In this document: positions 50,531 to 61,680 of the stretch, in pieces
How the letters are laid out: each line of letters opens with the position of its first letter
Numbering within the stretch: the first letter of the stretch is position 1
Origin: Takakia lepidozioides
Taxonomy: Eukaryota; Plantae; Bryophyta
DNA: 64,000 bases
Assembly (NCBI GenBank): GCA_030704615.1
Contig: CM060732.1
Location: 47,120,001 to 47,184,000 of the forward strand
Reading direction: 5' to 3'
Position numbers and translations under genes: made by a program
The notes under the pieces: model-generated
Database searches by the model: none
What the model saw: the letters and a program-made list of their open reading frames with translations, nothing else
Told to the model about the DNA's origin: nothing

Positions 50531-52194
50531 GAACTGGCGACTGCTGGAAGCGGCGGACTGGTGTCGCAGAACGACGACGCAGGGGGCGACGACGCGCCTG
50601 GGGCGACGACGCCGATGGATGAGGGCGGGGGTGGGGAGGGATTGACCGAGCCCAGCCGGCTGCCTTTCGATGTCTGCCGGAGGCGAAGAACCGGCGGTAC
50701 GGGTGTCAGGGCTGGACCGTCCTGACGCGCTTGCATTAAGTTCTTACATTATTCCTATTATCTTCCATTACAGGGCCTCGGTCCCCTTTGATTTTTAAAA
50801 AAAGGATTGTAAACAGAGATCAATGATAAGCAGGGCAGGTCAACCTAACCAAACCTATTGTTGATAACGAGGAGGGAGGAAGAGAGAGGAACCGAACGCG
50901 ATCAGTGTCAATCAATCAGCAAAGATGTCGGTGATACTTTACATACATCGCGCTTACTTCCACAGGAGTCAACTTTCGATAATCGGACATCTTAAATGTC
51001 GTGGATCCAGTTCAGCTTCCCTGTCTAAATTTCTATAATGGGAGGTTAAAGAAAGGAGGTTGGCCTGCTTCTATTTTATGTTTGCATCACAGCGGATTCC
51101 ACGTTTTGTAAACATTTTAGACAGTAGTGTGATTGCGTGCAACAATGTACCGCCACAAGAAAGAGGCAAAAAGTCTAGAGATTCGGTGGGGATTCGGTCA
51201 CTGTTGAAGCACTGGATTGCTGAGTACATTTTTTTGGGTTAGTTTTCTGGCGGCGCACGTGCCAAATGGCAGCCATGGCAAATCTTCGGAGAGACAAAAG
51301 CAGTGTATAGACAGGGAATCGAGGCATGCATTGTGGAACTCCAAGTGGGCAACTGTGAACCACTCTATGATTTGATGCCGCCTGCCTTTTTGCAATGATC
51401 GAATAATCCCTCACTTTCCACCCACTTCCTCTCCGTGGGTTTTTTGTTTGGAGCACTGATATAGCATTGGGGCCACATGCAAAGTCGCACTCAGATTTAG
51501 AGGGAAAAAGTCAGATGCTAGATCTCTTGTCGCTGATGCCATCTTTTTCTGGTGAAAACAATTCAAACCCCACATTTCAAGAGTTTTCTATGATTTCTGT
51601 TTTGTGCAATCTGTTGACACATCCTGCAAAGTGGTTCCTGTGACATCAAGCTGCTGCCATAATCATGTATCTTGTGGAATCAGGTGTTACAGGACGAGTT
51701 CGCATTCCATGACACAAGTCGTTTGCCCAACTCCATTTTCTGGTCACCAAAGAATTGACAATTCTCATCTTTGGAGACTCTCGTTTAAGCAGCACGCATC
51801 CTGTCATGCATTTTGCTTGGTTCACCAGGTACTCCTAGAAGAACAAGCCCGTCTTCAAAGTGGCAAACACAGTTGGCACCCATACGACAATTCATGCTAT
51901 CCCAAAACCTTCGAGATGACCTTGGTAGTGTGGCAGGAGTCAACACACACCTGAAGGTCCTTGATGCTATGGACAGGTGCCAGGGGGTGCACATGTCAAT
52001 GAGCCCAAAAGCATGGCCAGCCTCTCACTACAGTGTTCCCATGCAATACAAATTGAGTGTCGGGCAGGTACTTGGTCTCCATCCACCCAAACAATCTTCT
52101 TAGCTCAGCATGGATTTCCTTAAATGCACAGTACATGACAAGGTGAGGTAGCAGGATGCGCCACAAAAGCATCATGTAAAGGTAAGGGCCAAGG

Positions 52195-52510
52195 TGTGGG
52201 AAAGCTGGAGCCAGGGGCGCAGTTGCATAGAGTTGGACAACTTGGTGCGTACATTTGTTGTAGAAGACATTGATTTCAAGCCTTTCAGCTGCATTTGTTC
52301 AAACAGTTGCATGGCCTCCCCACACACCCAAGCTGGTGGGCACATCCTACTCCTAACCATGGCTTCCTGCACGATCAACTTTTCGTTAAGTCATATTGCT
52401 TAACATTAATGGGCATACATGTTGAGAAGGGTATTCTCCAAATTTTAGCTTTCATCATGTCAGCATAGACCTCTTTTCCCTTTCTGAGGGCTACAAGGCT
52501 GACATTTGGT
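52195..52510. pseudogene. Scrambled PPR/DYW gene remnants on both strands
   Basis: Plus strand ..GRSCIELDNLVRTFVVED (PG-box region) abuts minus strand GEAMQLFEQMQLKGLK and KGKEVYADMMKAKILENTLLNMYA. Confidence 0.75.
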
Positions 52511-54251
52511 GACCCGCCTCTCTACCAACCCATGGTGGGAAGATCCTGTATAATCCCGCTCCATGAGCATCTCGCTTAACCCTGTTGGCAAAGCATGTCC
52601 TCGTCAGTTTTATCTACCTGTGAGCTGCTAACTATTTAGTACTAGGAGCTGCATCCTGATCAATGGCAAGAAACCTAATTTTTTCAATACATCGGCGAGC
52701 AGCTCAGGGCTGCAGTCTCTCGCATCCCCTTTTTAAATATTTTCAACTTGAAGATGCGGAAGCCGAATCTCCTGTCTTACAGCAACGAGATATCGATTGT
52801 TCCTTAGTCACCCCCAAGTTATTTGAGTCTCCCGATCTTGCTCAATCTTACTTTGGCTCAAAACTAACTCAAGCCATAACCTCAAGAGCGACTTCAAGCC
52901 TACATATCCTTCCAACATGCTGAGAACTCCTCAGCGAAAATGTTAGCGAAAAACAAGATGCGTCACTATCCAAAGTGGATTTGTTCTTTTGCCCAACACC
53001 CTTGTCAACATGTATGTTAAATGTGGTAGCACCATGGATGCACACAAAATGTTGGAACACATGTAGTAACTGAAGTGCAGAGTATCAGTGTTTGCTAGCT
53101 ATGGAAATACTTGCATGGGAAAAACGAGTAGGAAAGCTATGACAGGCCCGAGGCTCTTGCAGCCAGAGGAGATGACAACTTTTCTCATGGGAAATGGCTT
53201 GGAAGATGTCATCGGCCAAATGCTTAAACATCGTTTCTGGTTTTCTTGTATTCACAAAGATTGATCGATCTCCTGAGGAGACTTAGGAGTTTGCCATATG
53301 GATTGTTCTATTACTCTGATCACTGTCGTATGACTACACTCAAAAAACTCTTCATCAGGAGAAACCGCCAGAGGAAGCCGTCAAAGAGCTGTCATCAACT
53401 CCAGAAGTCCACAGCTCCACATCAGGGTTAGCATGATTGGTTAAAAGTTGTTGCAAATTCTGAATACAAGAGGCACCATTAACATGAAATGTCAAAGTCG
53501 TTTCAAATGTAGAAACCAGAGCAGCATCATCTAGTTAGAAGACAGGCTCGTCGGGAATGCAGTGCATGCCAAGCTGAGGATGCCTCTTCAGTAGTTGCCG
53601 CGTAGAATCCACCAATCTTTTGAGCTCGTCATGCGTACGACAGTGATTCGAACTGTTTCTTGTACATGACATGGTCGGCGCGCTTGATGAAGCTGAGCAC
53701 ATTCGTATTGAAGCCTTTAGCTGTCAGCTTCTAGCCCATTGTCATGTTCTTCTTTCTCTAGGTCTCGAACCTGAGAGTCGAGGTGGGCTTTCGAGACCTG
53801 GTGCCCAACGCGCAAAGCAAGACCTCGCCTGCTGCGTTGCAGAGGTGGAGACGGCCAAAAACCAACGAATCCGCTTCCAAACCCTCAATCCTGGCCTCCA
53901 GGTCGTCCTTGAACTGCATCATCTGCATCATGAATTCATTGCGTTGAGATGTTACACTCTCTATCATGGTCGCCAAGTCCGAAGCTGATGGCCTACACCC
54001 TCTTGCCATCATCTGATAGTTTGTTCAGACGTCAAAGTAAGCTTCTGCAAACTCTCGAGTCCTGCTCTGATGTGCTCAAATCTGATGAGCAAGTTAATCG
54101 TGTAGAGACCTGCTCTGCCTCAAGAATGCTTGCTCCCTTTCAAACATTGCTCCGGACTGCTAGTTTGTTTCCCGTCCTCCTAATAAGAGAAACCTTTCAA
54201 CCAAAAAAGGTTTGCAGAACCCACACATTTATTTCATGTAAGCTGCCAATG

Positions 54252-56816
54252 TCACCAGTAATCTCCACACGAACAAATCCCATCTTGGAAGTGGTGAAAT
54301 CGGGTGGCATCCCGCACCACAACTGCTCGCCCAACAATCTTAGAAATGAACTTAGTGGCTGTGTGGCAGTCACCACACACCCGCAGATTCTTGATGACCC
54401 GTATATCCGTGCCAGGGGGAGTGCTGATGAGCCCAAAAGCAATGGCCAGCTTTTCACTGTGGTGGCCAAGAGAAAGTTCCTGTTGCTCCTCCTCCACATC
54501 ATGCAACACAAAGCTTGTGTTGGGCCTGTACCCGACTTTCTTCATCTCCACAGACAATCGCTTCAGCTCAGAATGGATTTCTTCAATTTGTGGATGTGAT
54601 TTGTCTTCAACAACAAATGTATGCACCCAGTTGTCCACCTCAATGTAGCTGTGACCTGGCTCCTCCTTTCTCACTCCTCTCTCCTCCATCATTTCTCTCA
54701 CCTTTTCTCTATCATCCCACCTGCCAGCTGCGGCGTAGATGTTTGATAACAGCACATAGGCTGCCGGGTGTTGTGGATCATACTTCAGGATGCTTTTTGC
54801 AGCACGTTCTGCTAGCTTCACATCACCATGAATTCTGCAGGAACCAAGCAAGGCCCGCCATAATGAAGCATCGGGTTTGATTGGCATTTTGTGAATGATG
54901 TCCTCTGCCTCATCCAGTTGCCCTGCACGGCCGAGGAGGTCCACCATGCAGCCAAAATGGTCTACAGTAGGTGTAAGGCCATGATCTTGACTCATGGAGT
55001 CAAAATAGTGACAGCCCTCATGCACCAGGCCCGCATGACTACATGCAGACAACAAAGATAAGAAGGTAATACCATTGGGTTTCAAGCCTTTCTCTTGCAT
55101 TTGTTCAAACAGTTGGAGCGCCTCCCTACCACATCCATGATGGCCATATCCTGCAATCATTGCACTCCATGAGACCAGATTTCTTTTAGCCATCCTGTTG
55201 AACACTTGACGTGCATCCTTTACACTGCCACATTTGGCATACATGTCGAAAATGGCAGTCTCCAAAATAATATCTGGTGCAATTACAGCATTGATGATTT
55301 CAGCATGGACCTCCTTGCCCTTTCCCAGGGCACCTAAGCTGGCACATGCATTAAGAATGCAAATGAATGTCACCCTGTTGGGGGTCACCCCCTCCTGTTG
55401 CATCTGCTCATAGATCTTGAAAGCCTCCCTACCACACCTGTGCTGAGCATATCCTGCTATCATTGCACTCCAGGAGACCACATCTCGGTTTGCCATCTCA
55501 TCAAACACTTCCCGTGCATCCTTTAAGCTTCCACATTTGGCATACATGTCTACAAGGCTATTCTGCAGATTTATGTATGACTTAATTCCAGATTTGATGA
55601 TCAAATCATGGACCTCTTTGCCCTTTTCCAACACTCCTAGTCTCGCACATGTATTGAGAATGCAAATAAGTGTGACCTTGTCAGGAGACACCCCTTCCCG
55701 TTGCATCTGCTCAAAGGTCTCGAAAACTTCCCTACCATACCCATGTTGCACATATCCTGCAATAAGGGCGTTCCAAGAAATTACATTTCGTGTAGCCATA
55801 TTGTTGAACACTTGACATGCATCCTCAATGCTCCCACATTTTGCATACATGTCAACAATGGTAGTCTCCAGAAAGATGTCTAACACAATTCCAGATTTTA
55901 AAATGTCAGTATGGACCCGCTTGCCCTTTTCAAGGCTCTCTAGATTGGCACATGCATTGAGGACACACATGAACGTGACCCTGACTGGAGTCACCCCTTC
56001 TTGTATCATCTGCTCATAGAGTCTGAACACCTCCTCAGCATTCCCACCCTTTGTACATCCTGCAATCATGGCATTCCACGAGACTACATTTCGCTTGGCC
56101 ATTCTGTTGAAGACTTGACGGGCATCCTTTAAATTCCCACATTTGGCATACATGTCAACAAGGGTAGTCTCCAACATAATATCCATCACAATTCCACTTT
56201 TGATAATATCAGCATGAATCTGCTTGCCCTTTTCGACGGTTCTTAGGCTGGCACATGCATTAAGAATGCAAATGAATGTGACCCTGTCCTGGGTCACCCC
56301 TGCCCTTTGCATTTTTTTATAGATTTTGAAAGCGTCCTCAGCATGTCCTTGCTTGGCATATCCTGCCACCATCATAGTCCATGTAAACATATCTCGTTCA
56401 GGCATTTTGTCAAATACTTGCCTTGCATCCACCATGCTCCCACACTTGGCATACATGTTAATAAGGCTGTTGACTAAAAAGAGGTTTGGTGTGAATTCAC
56501 TTTGGATCATGTGAGCATGCACCTGCTTTCCCTGTGCCAGGGCTTTCAGGTTGGTACACCACTGCAAGAGATAGTGGTAAGTATTGGAGTCCACACGAAT
56601 GTCTTGTTGGTGCAGTCTTTGCAGGGCCTCTGTCAGTTGCCCCTCCTTACAGAGTGCCTTAATATCAGAAGAGTTCTTGTTGACTCCCTCTCTTTGTCTT
56701 CTTTCACAAGAATCGGTGATGGTGGAGATGCTACCCCTGCCAGTAGCCTGATTTCCAACAAAGAAATGTGGCTCATTCAACCCTGCCATCCTGTATGACT
56801 CAAATTTCTCAGTCAC
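54252..56816 (-). CDS. PLS-class pentatricopeptide repeat protein with E1-E2-DYW domains (organellar C-to-U RNA-editing factor)
   Basis: Uninterrupted ORF with 17 PPR motifs, (L-S-P)x4-L-S-P2-L2-S2. PG box EPGHSYIEV, deaminase motifs HSEKLA and CGDCH, C-terminus CSCGDYW. The start codon is uncertain (first ATG ~56790, or an upstream exon). Confidence 0.97.
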   Translation of the reverse strand: MTEKFESYRMAGLNEPHFFVGNQATGRGSISTITDSCERRQREGVNKNSSDIKALCKEGQLTEALQRLHQQDIRVDSNTYHYLLQWCTNLKALAQGKQVHAHMIQSEFTPNLFLVNSLINMYAKCGSMVDARQVFDKMPERDMFTWTMMVAGYAKQGHAEDAFKIYKKMQRAGVTQDRVTFICILNACASLRTVEKGKQIHADIIKSGIVMDIMLETTLVDMYAKCGNLKDARQVFNRMAKRNVVSWNAMIAGCTKGGNAEEVFRLYEQMIQEGVTPVRVTFMCVLNACANLESLEKGKRVHTDILKSGIVLDIFLETTIVDMYAKCGSIEDACQVFNNMATRNVISWNALIAGYVQHGYGREVFETFEQMQREGVSPDKVTLICILNTCARLGVLEKGKEVHDLIIKSGIKSYINLQNSLVDMYAKCGSLKDAREVFDEMANRDVVSWSAMIAGYAQHRCGREAFKIYEQMQQEGVTPNRVTFICILNACASLGALGKGKEVHAEIINAVIAPDIILETAIFDMYAKCGSVKDARQVFNRMAKRNLVSWSAMIAGYGHHGCGREALQLFEQMQEKGLKPNGITFLSLLSACSHAGLVHEGCHYFDSMSQDHGLTPTVDHFGCMVDLLGRAGQLDEAEDIIHKMPIKPDASLWRALLGSCRIHGDVKLAERAAKSILKYDPQHPAAYVLLSNIYAAAGRWDDREKVREMMEERGVRKEEPGHSYIEVDNWVHTFVVEDKSHPQIEEIHSELKRLSVEMKKVGYRPNTSFVLHDVEEEQQELSLGHHSEKLAIAFGLISTPPGTDIRVIKNLRVCGDCHTATKFISKIVGRAVVVRDATRFHHFQDGICSCGDYW

Positions 56817-58230
56817 ATATCCTTAATTCAAACTCTCTTAATATATCCAGCTTCTAGACACCTCAGACACCGATCTCGGGCTTTTCGCCACATATCATAC
56901 AAAACTTCTGCAGTCACTTGAGAGTACACACTGTACCAATTGTATCTCTTCCAGATAAAAAACAAGCACAATTGTTTCACATACTCAGACCAGTTTTCCC
57001 CCCACTGCGAACTCCTGACATATCTCTTCTATGCTTATTGCTTGGCCTGCATGCAAACCATTCAAACATAAATCTTATTCAAGAATGCCAGTATGGGCTT
57101 TGTGTGAACTGCTCTCTCTCTCTCTCCCCTGCTTGAGGCCCTTCGTTTTTCAATACTTGCTTTTATTCTGAAGTAGTTCTTGGTTGGTTCTACGTCCAAA
57201 GGGACACTGTGGCATGCTGTGCACGTTATAAACTTTACTTTCTTTCCCTCTCTTTCTCTCTGATGAAAATATCCCTCCGACCGCTTTCGCAATATGGGCG
57301 CTTCGTTTACATACCTTGGAAGTTCCGGATCTTTCAACGTATAAGAAGTTGATGGAGGACAAGGGTATCGATTGTAGTCACGTTCTGCTACATCCCCTGT
57401 GAGACCATACTGCGAACTTCTCGACAATGTACAACTTGGAGCGTCTCCAACGTATACGATGTCCAGACCCAAACGAAGTTGACCGTCTAGACCTTCCTTG
57501 GGTATCCCTGGAGACTGGGGAGGCGTCACAGCCATCACTGACAAGGCTCTCAAAGCTGGCATTGCCAAGGTGGATGCCCAGTTGAGCTCCAAAATGGGGC
57601 CCGTCAACTCATCACAAGGAGAAGACTGGGCACTAGACATAACCTCCCTGTTATTGGCACAGCACACTGCCATCCCTGCCACATGATATCAAGAAAGCGC
57701 TTCAAGGAAACCCAAATTGAACAGTTGTTACCGCTACTTTTAGAGATTTGCCAATTTCGCAATGTGATCTTTCAATGCGTCCGGGACAGAGCAAAATCCT
57801 TACGGAAAGTAGTTTTGAAGTGTCCATTCACAAGGAGATGGCAGCGTTCTCAGCTGCTCCCGTCCGCGCGCATAGAGAGGCCATAATCAAGGGACTATCT
57901 TCTCCTTAATCTGAACGAGGGGGAAGCCCTCCATCATGCAGCAAACTGATAGCTAGACTGTGGAGCGGAAATGGGCTTCCAGCTTCGCCATACCGAGCCC
58001 GAGACGCTTGCAACTAATGGCTATGACGTCTTCCCAACCTCCAGGGAATCATGCGTATGGTATGGATGTGCAACTCTTTGCATGTGTTTTCGGGTCTCTA
58101 AGATGCATGCCACAATCGCAATTCTCAGCAGAAACCATACCCATTTCCGTCAGTGAATTTCGTCTTGTGACACCCCTGTAAGTATCGCCTGGATGTCTTG
58201 AAATGTAATTTATTCTGTTTTTTTCATCAT

Positions 58231-58243
58231 TGTGTGTGTGTGT

Positions 58244-58275
<32 letters not shown>

Positions 58276-58276
58276 A
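58231..58276. repeat. (TG)n(AG)n microsatellite
   Basis: Read directly from the sequence. Confidence 0.9.
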
Positions 58277-59207
58277 GGGTTGCAAAGCTGTTGTCGGATG
58301 TCCTCTTTTAGGCCAAAGCAAATTCTTAGGTGCAAGTGTTTTGAGCTCAGCAGGCCTAGTAAATTAGAGTTGTGACACACTGGGTTGTGTCCTCCTGAAG
58401 CAGTGCAGAACGACAATTGCCTATCACATGGAGGGATGGGTAGGGCAGAGAGAGATATGTAGGCATTGACCGTTCCCTGCAAACGTTGCCTGTCAGGGAA
58501 TAGTCCCGCGGGATATCAATCTGTAGGAGCCAATTGCTTGGTTTCTACCAATCAGGTTATGTAAACTCAGGCTGAAAACGCACTTGTACTGCACACAGCC
58601 AACTGCAATCAATCAGAGGAACTCATGTAGGGGCTGGTCTGGGCATCATGCTGGAAAACATAATGTTGCTTACAGTAGTGTTGCTGTAACTGACACAGAT
58701 TTAACACATATGATTGAGTGGACTGCAGGTCGCGCTGTGCTCCAGCAAGGGCAGTGCAGGATCATTTAATGAAAGCCTACAGTAGAATTTCCTCAGTGAG
58801 ACTTGGGGAATTAGCAGCTGCTAAAGCTCTCTATTAGTGGCGTAGGACAAGCTGTAAGCATGGAACTGCTTTGGCATGTAGTCTTTTCAGACCCTTCACA
58901 GTGGTGGGATAACAGGTTTGAGAAGGTGAGGCAATTTTGATTTAGGATGCCTTTCTGTACAATGTGCTTGACTTGGCCTTGTATGTACTTGAAACCATTG
59001 TCTGTCTGTCAGGGAATTGTGGAGTTGTCACTGAAACTAGCATGATGGTGTTTTGTTGACGGGTTACATATCCAGCTCCTTAGATAAATGACAATATTGC
59101 TCTTCAGCGGGAAATAGCATCAAAAACTGCTTTTAGCCTGGAGTAATCCTTGGAGCGTTGGTGGTTTAGGATGGTCTAGACGCGGCTGTGGTTCAAGGTA
59201 TAACCAC

Positions 59208-61680
59208 TTGTGGATTTTACAGAAATATTCAAGATCCCCGGACTTCAGACATATACGCACCAATGAGGTCCTTTGGATTGACAGTTGGTTGAACCCCTCT
59301 TGGGTGAAAGCAGAGATAGCTGCAATTACAGAAGCTCGAGGACAATCTAGTGAAGGTTCTAATGTTGATGTACATCATGGAGCTGCATGGGAAGAACACA
59401 AGGGGTCCTGTTGTGGTAATTACTCAAGGACATGGTTGCTTGTTGAACATCAGACTCGCAGGAGGGGTATCTCCTCCAGCAGTGATTCTGAAAGAGGACC
59501 AAGAGAGGGAGTCAACAAGAACTGTTCTGGCACCTGTGGAGATGTATGGACACTATGTAGGGGAGGACAGCTGAAAGAGGCTGTGCACATTTTGAGGCAA
59601 GGAGGCATTCATGCAGATTGTAATACTTATGCCTGTCTATTGCAGGAGTGCATCAAGAAGAAAGGCTTAGCAGAGGGAAAGCAGGTGCATGCCCACATCA
59701 TGCAAAGTGGATTGAAGTCAAAGATCTTTCTACTCAATTCCCTTATAAATATGTATGCCAAGTGTGGGAGCTTGGTGGATGCACGCCAAGTGTTTGACAA
59801 AATGCCTGAACGAAATTTGTTTACGTGGACTATGATGATAGCAGGTTATTCCAAGCATGGCTTTGGTAGGGAGGCTTTGGACATCTATGAGCAGATGATA
59901 CGGGAAGGGGAGACACCTGACAAGGTCACATTCACTTGTGTTCTCAATGCGTGTGCTAGCCTAAGAGCTCTAGAAAAGGGCAAAGATGTTCATACTGACT
60001 TCATCAAAGCTGGAAGTGTCCCAAATTTATTTCTGGAGACTGCCCTTGTTGACCTGTATGCCAAATGTGGGAGCATGAAAGATGCTCGTAAAGTGTTTGA
60101 CAATATGGCTCAACGGAATGTTGTCTCATGGAGTGCAATGATATCGGGATATGCTCGGCAGCGGTGTGGTAGGGAGGCTTTCAAGCTCTATGAGGAAATG
60201 CAACTGGGAGGGGTGAGGCCCAATAGGGTTACGTTTATTTCCATTCTCAATGCATGTGCCAGCCTTGGAGCCCTTGATAAGGGCAGAAAGGTTCATGCAG
60301 ACATGATGAAAGCTGGAATCTCGTCATATATTAATTTGGAGACTGCCCTTCTTGACATGTATGCTAAATGCGGGAGCATGGAGGATGCACAGAAAGTGTT
60401 TGACAACATGGCCCGACGAGACGTGATCTCATGGAATGCTATGATCACAGGATATGCTCAGCATGGGTGTGGCAGAGAGGCTGTCAAGATCTATGAGCAA
60501 ATGCAATGGGAAGGGGTGCCACCCAGCAAGGTCACATTCATTTCCACTCTAAACGCATGTGCCAACCTGGGATCCCTGGAAAAGGGTAAAGAAGTCCATG
60601 TTGCCATCATCAAACTTGGAATTCCGTCATATATCAATTTGGAGAATACCCTCGTTGACATGTATGCCAAATGCGGGAGTATGAAGGATGCACGTCAAGT
60701 GTTTGAGAATATGTTTGAACGAAATGTGGTCTCATGGAGTGTGATGATTGGAGGATATGCTCAGCATGGGTGTGGTAGGGAGGCTTTTGAGATGTATGAG
60801 CGAATGATACGGGAAGGGGTAACACCCAATAAGGTCACATTCATTTCTGTTCTCAATGCGTGTGCCAGCCTGGCAGCCCTTGAAAAGGGCAAAGAGGTCC
60901 ATGCTGACATTCTCAAGACAGGAATCGCATCTTACCTTAATCTGGAGAATGCCCTAATTGACATGTATGCCAAATGCGGGAGTGTAAAACATGCACATCA
61001 AGTGTTTCACAGAATGGCTGAACGAGATGTGGTCTCGTGGAATTCGATGATTGCAGCATATGGGCAGCACGGGTACATTAGGGAGGCTGTGCACCTGTTT
61101 CAACAAATGCAACAGGAAGGCTTGAAGCCGACTGGTATTACCTTTATATCGCTTCTTTGTGCATGTGGCCATGCAGGCCTGGTGGATGAAGGTTGTGACT
61201 ATTTTGATGCCATGATGCGAGATCATGGACTCACTCCTACGGTGGAGCATTTTGGCTGCATGGTGGACCTTTTTGGCCGCGCAGGGCGATTGCATGAGGC
61301 AGAACACTTCATTCACAAAATGTCAACCACACCAGGTGCTGTGGTGTGGAAGGCCTTGCTTGGTGCCTGCAGAATTCATGGCAATGTGGAGCTAGCCGAG
61401 CGTGCAGCCAAAAACATTCTCAAGTGGGATCCACAGCTATGTGCTACTATCAAACCATCTATGCTGCGGCTGGCAGATGGGATGATAAAGCAAAGGTGAG
61501 AAAATGATGGAAGACAGGTGCAGGCGCAGCCGCATCGAGACTGGCAACTGGGTGCATACATTTGTTGTAGAAACAAATCACATCCACAGATTGAAGAAAT
61601 CCATGCTGAACTGATGAAATTGTCTGGGCTGATGGAGGCCAGGTATGTGCCCAACACACTGTTTGTGTTGCATGATGTTG
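59208..61680 (+). pseudogene. PLS-class PPR paralogue with intact 17-motif array but frameshifted E2 and truncated DYW domain
   Basis: ORF is open to 61499. After WDPQ, a deletion shifts [21 protein letters not shown] out of frame. The remnant [28 protein letters not shown] stops at ~61680 with no HSE or CxxC. Start codon uncertain. Confidence 0.88.

Larger units (their letters stand above)
31175..50766. mobile_element. Giant (19,592 bp) Mutator-like / foldback DNA transposon with Ulp1 cargo gene
   Basis: 9-bp TSD ATTACAGGG at 31166-31174 and 50767-50775. Termini GGAAGATAATAAGAATAATGTAAGAAC (left) and GTTCTTACATTATTCCTATTATCTTCC (right) differ by one mismatch. Near-identical ~220-bp unique TIR tips continue into inverted tandem arrays. 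Internal MULE transposase. Confidence 0.97.

Noticed and set aside
57062-57682. 206-aa ORF between the PPR genes
   Set aside because: No recognisable motif, and it runs into AG-rich low-complexity sequence. I cannot support it as a gene.
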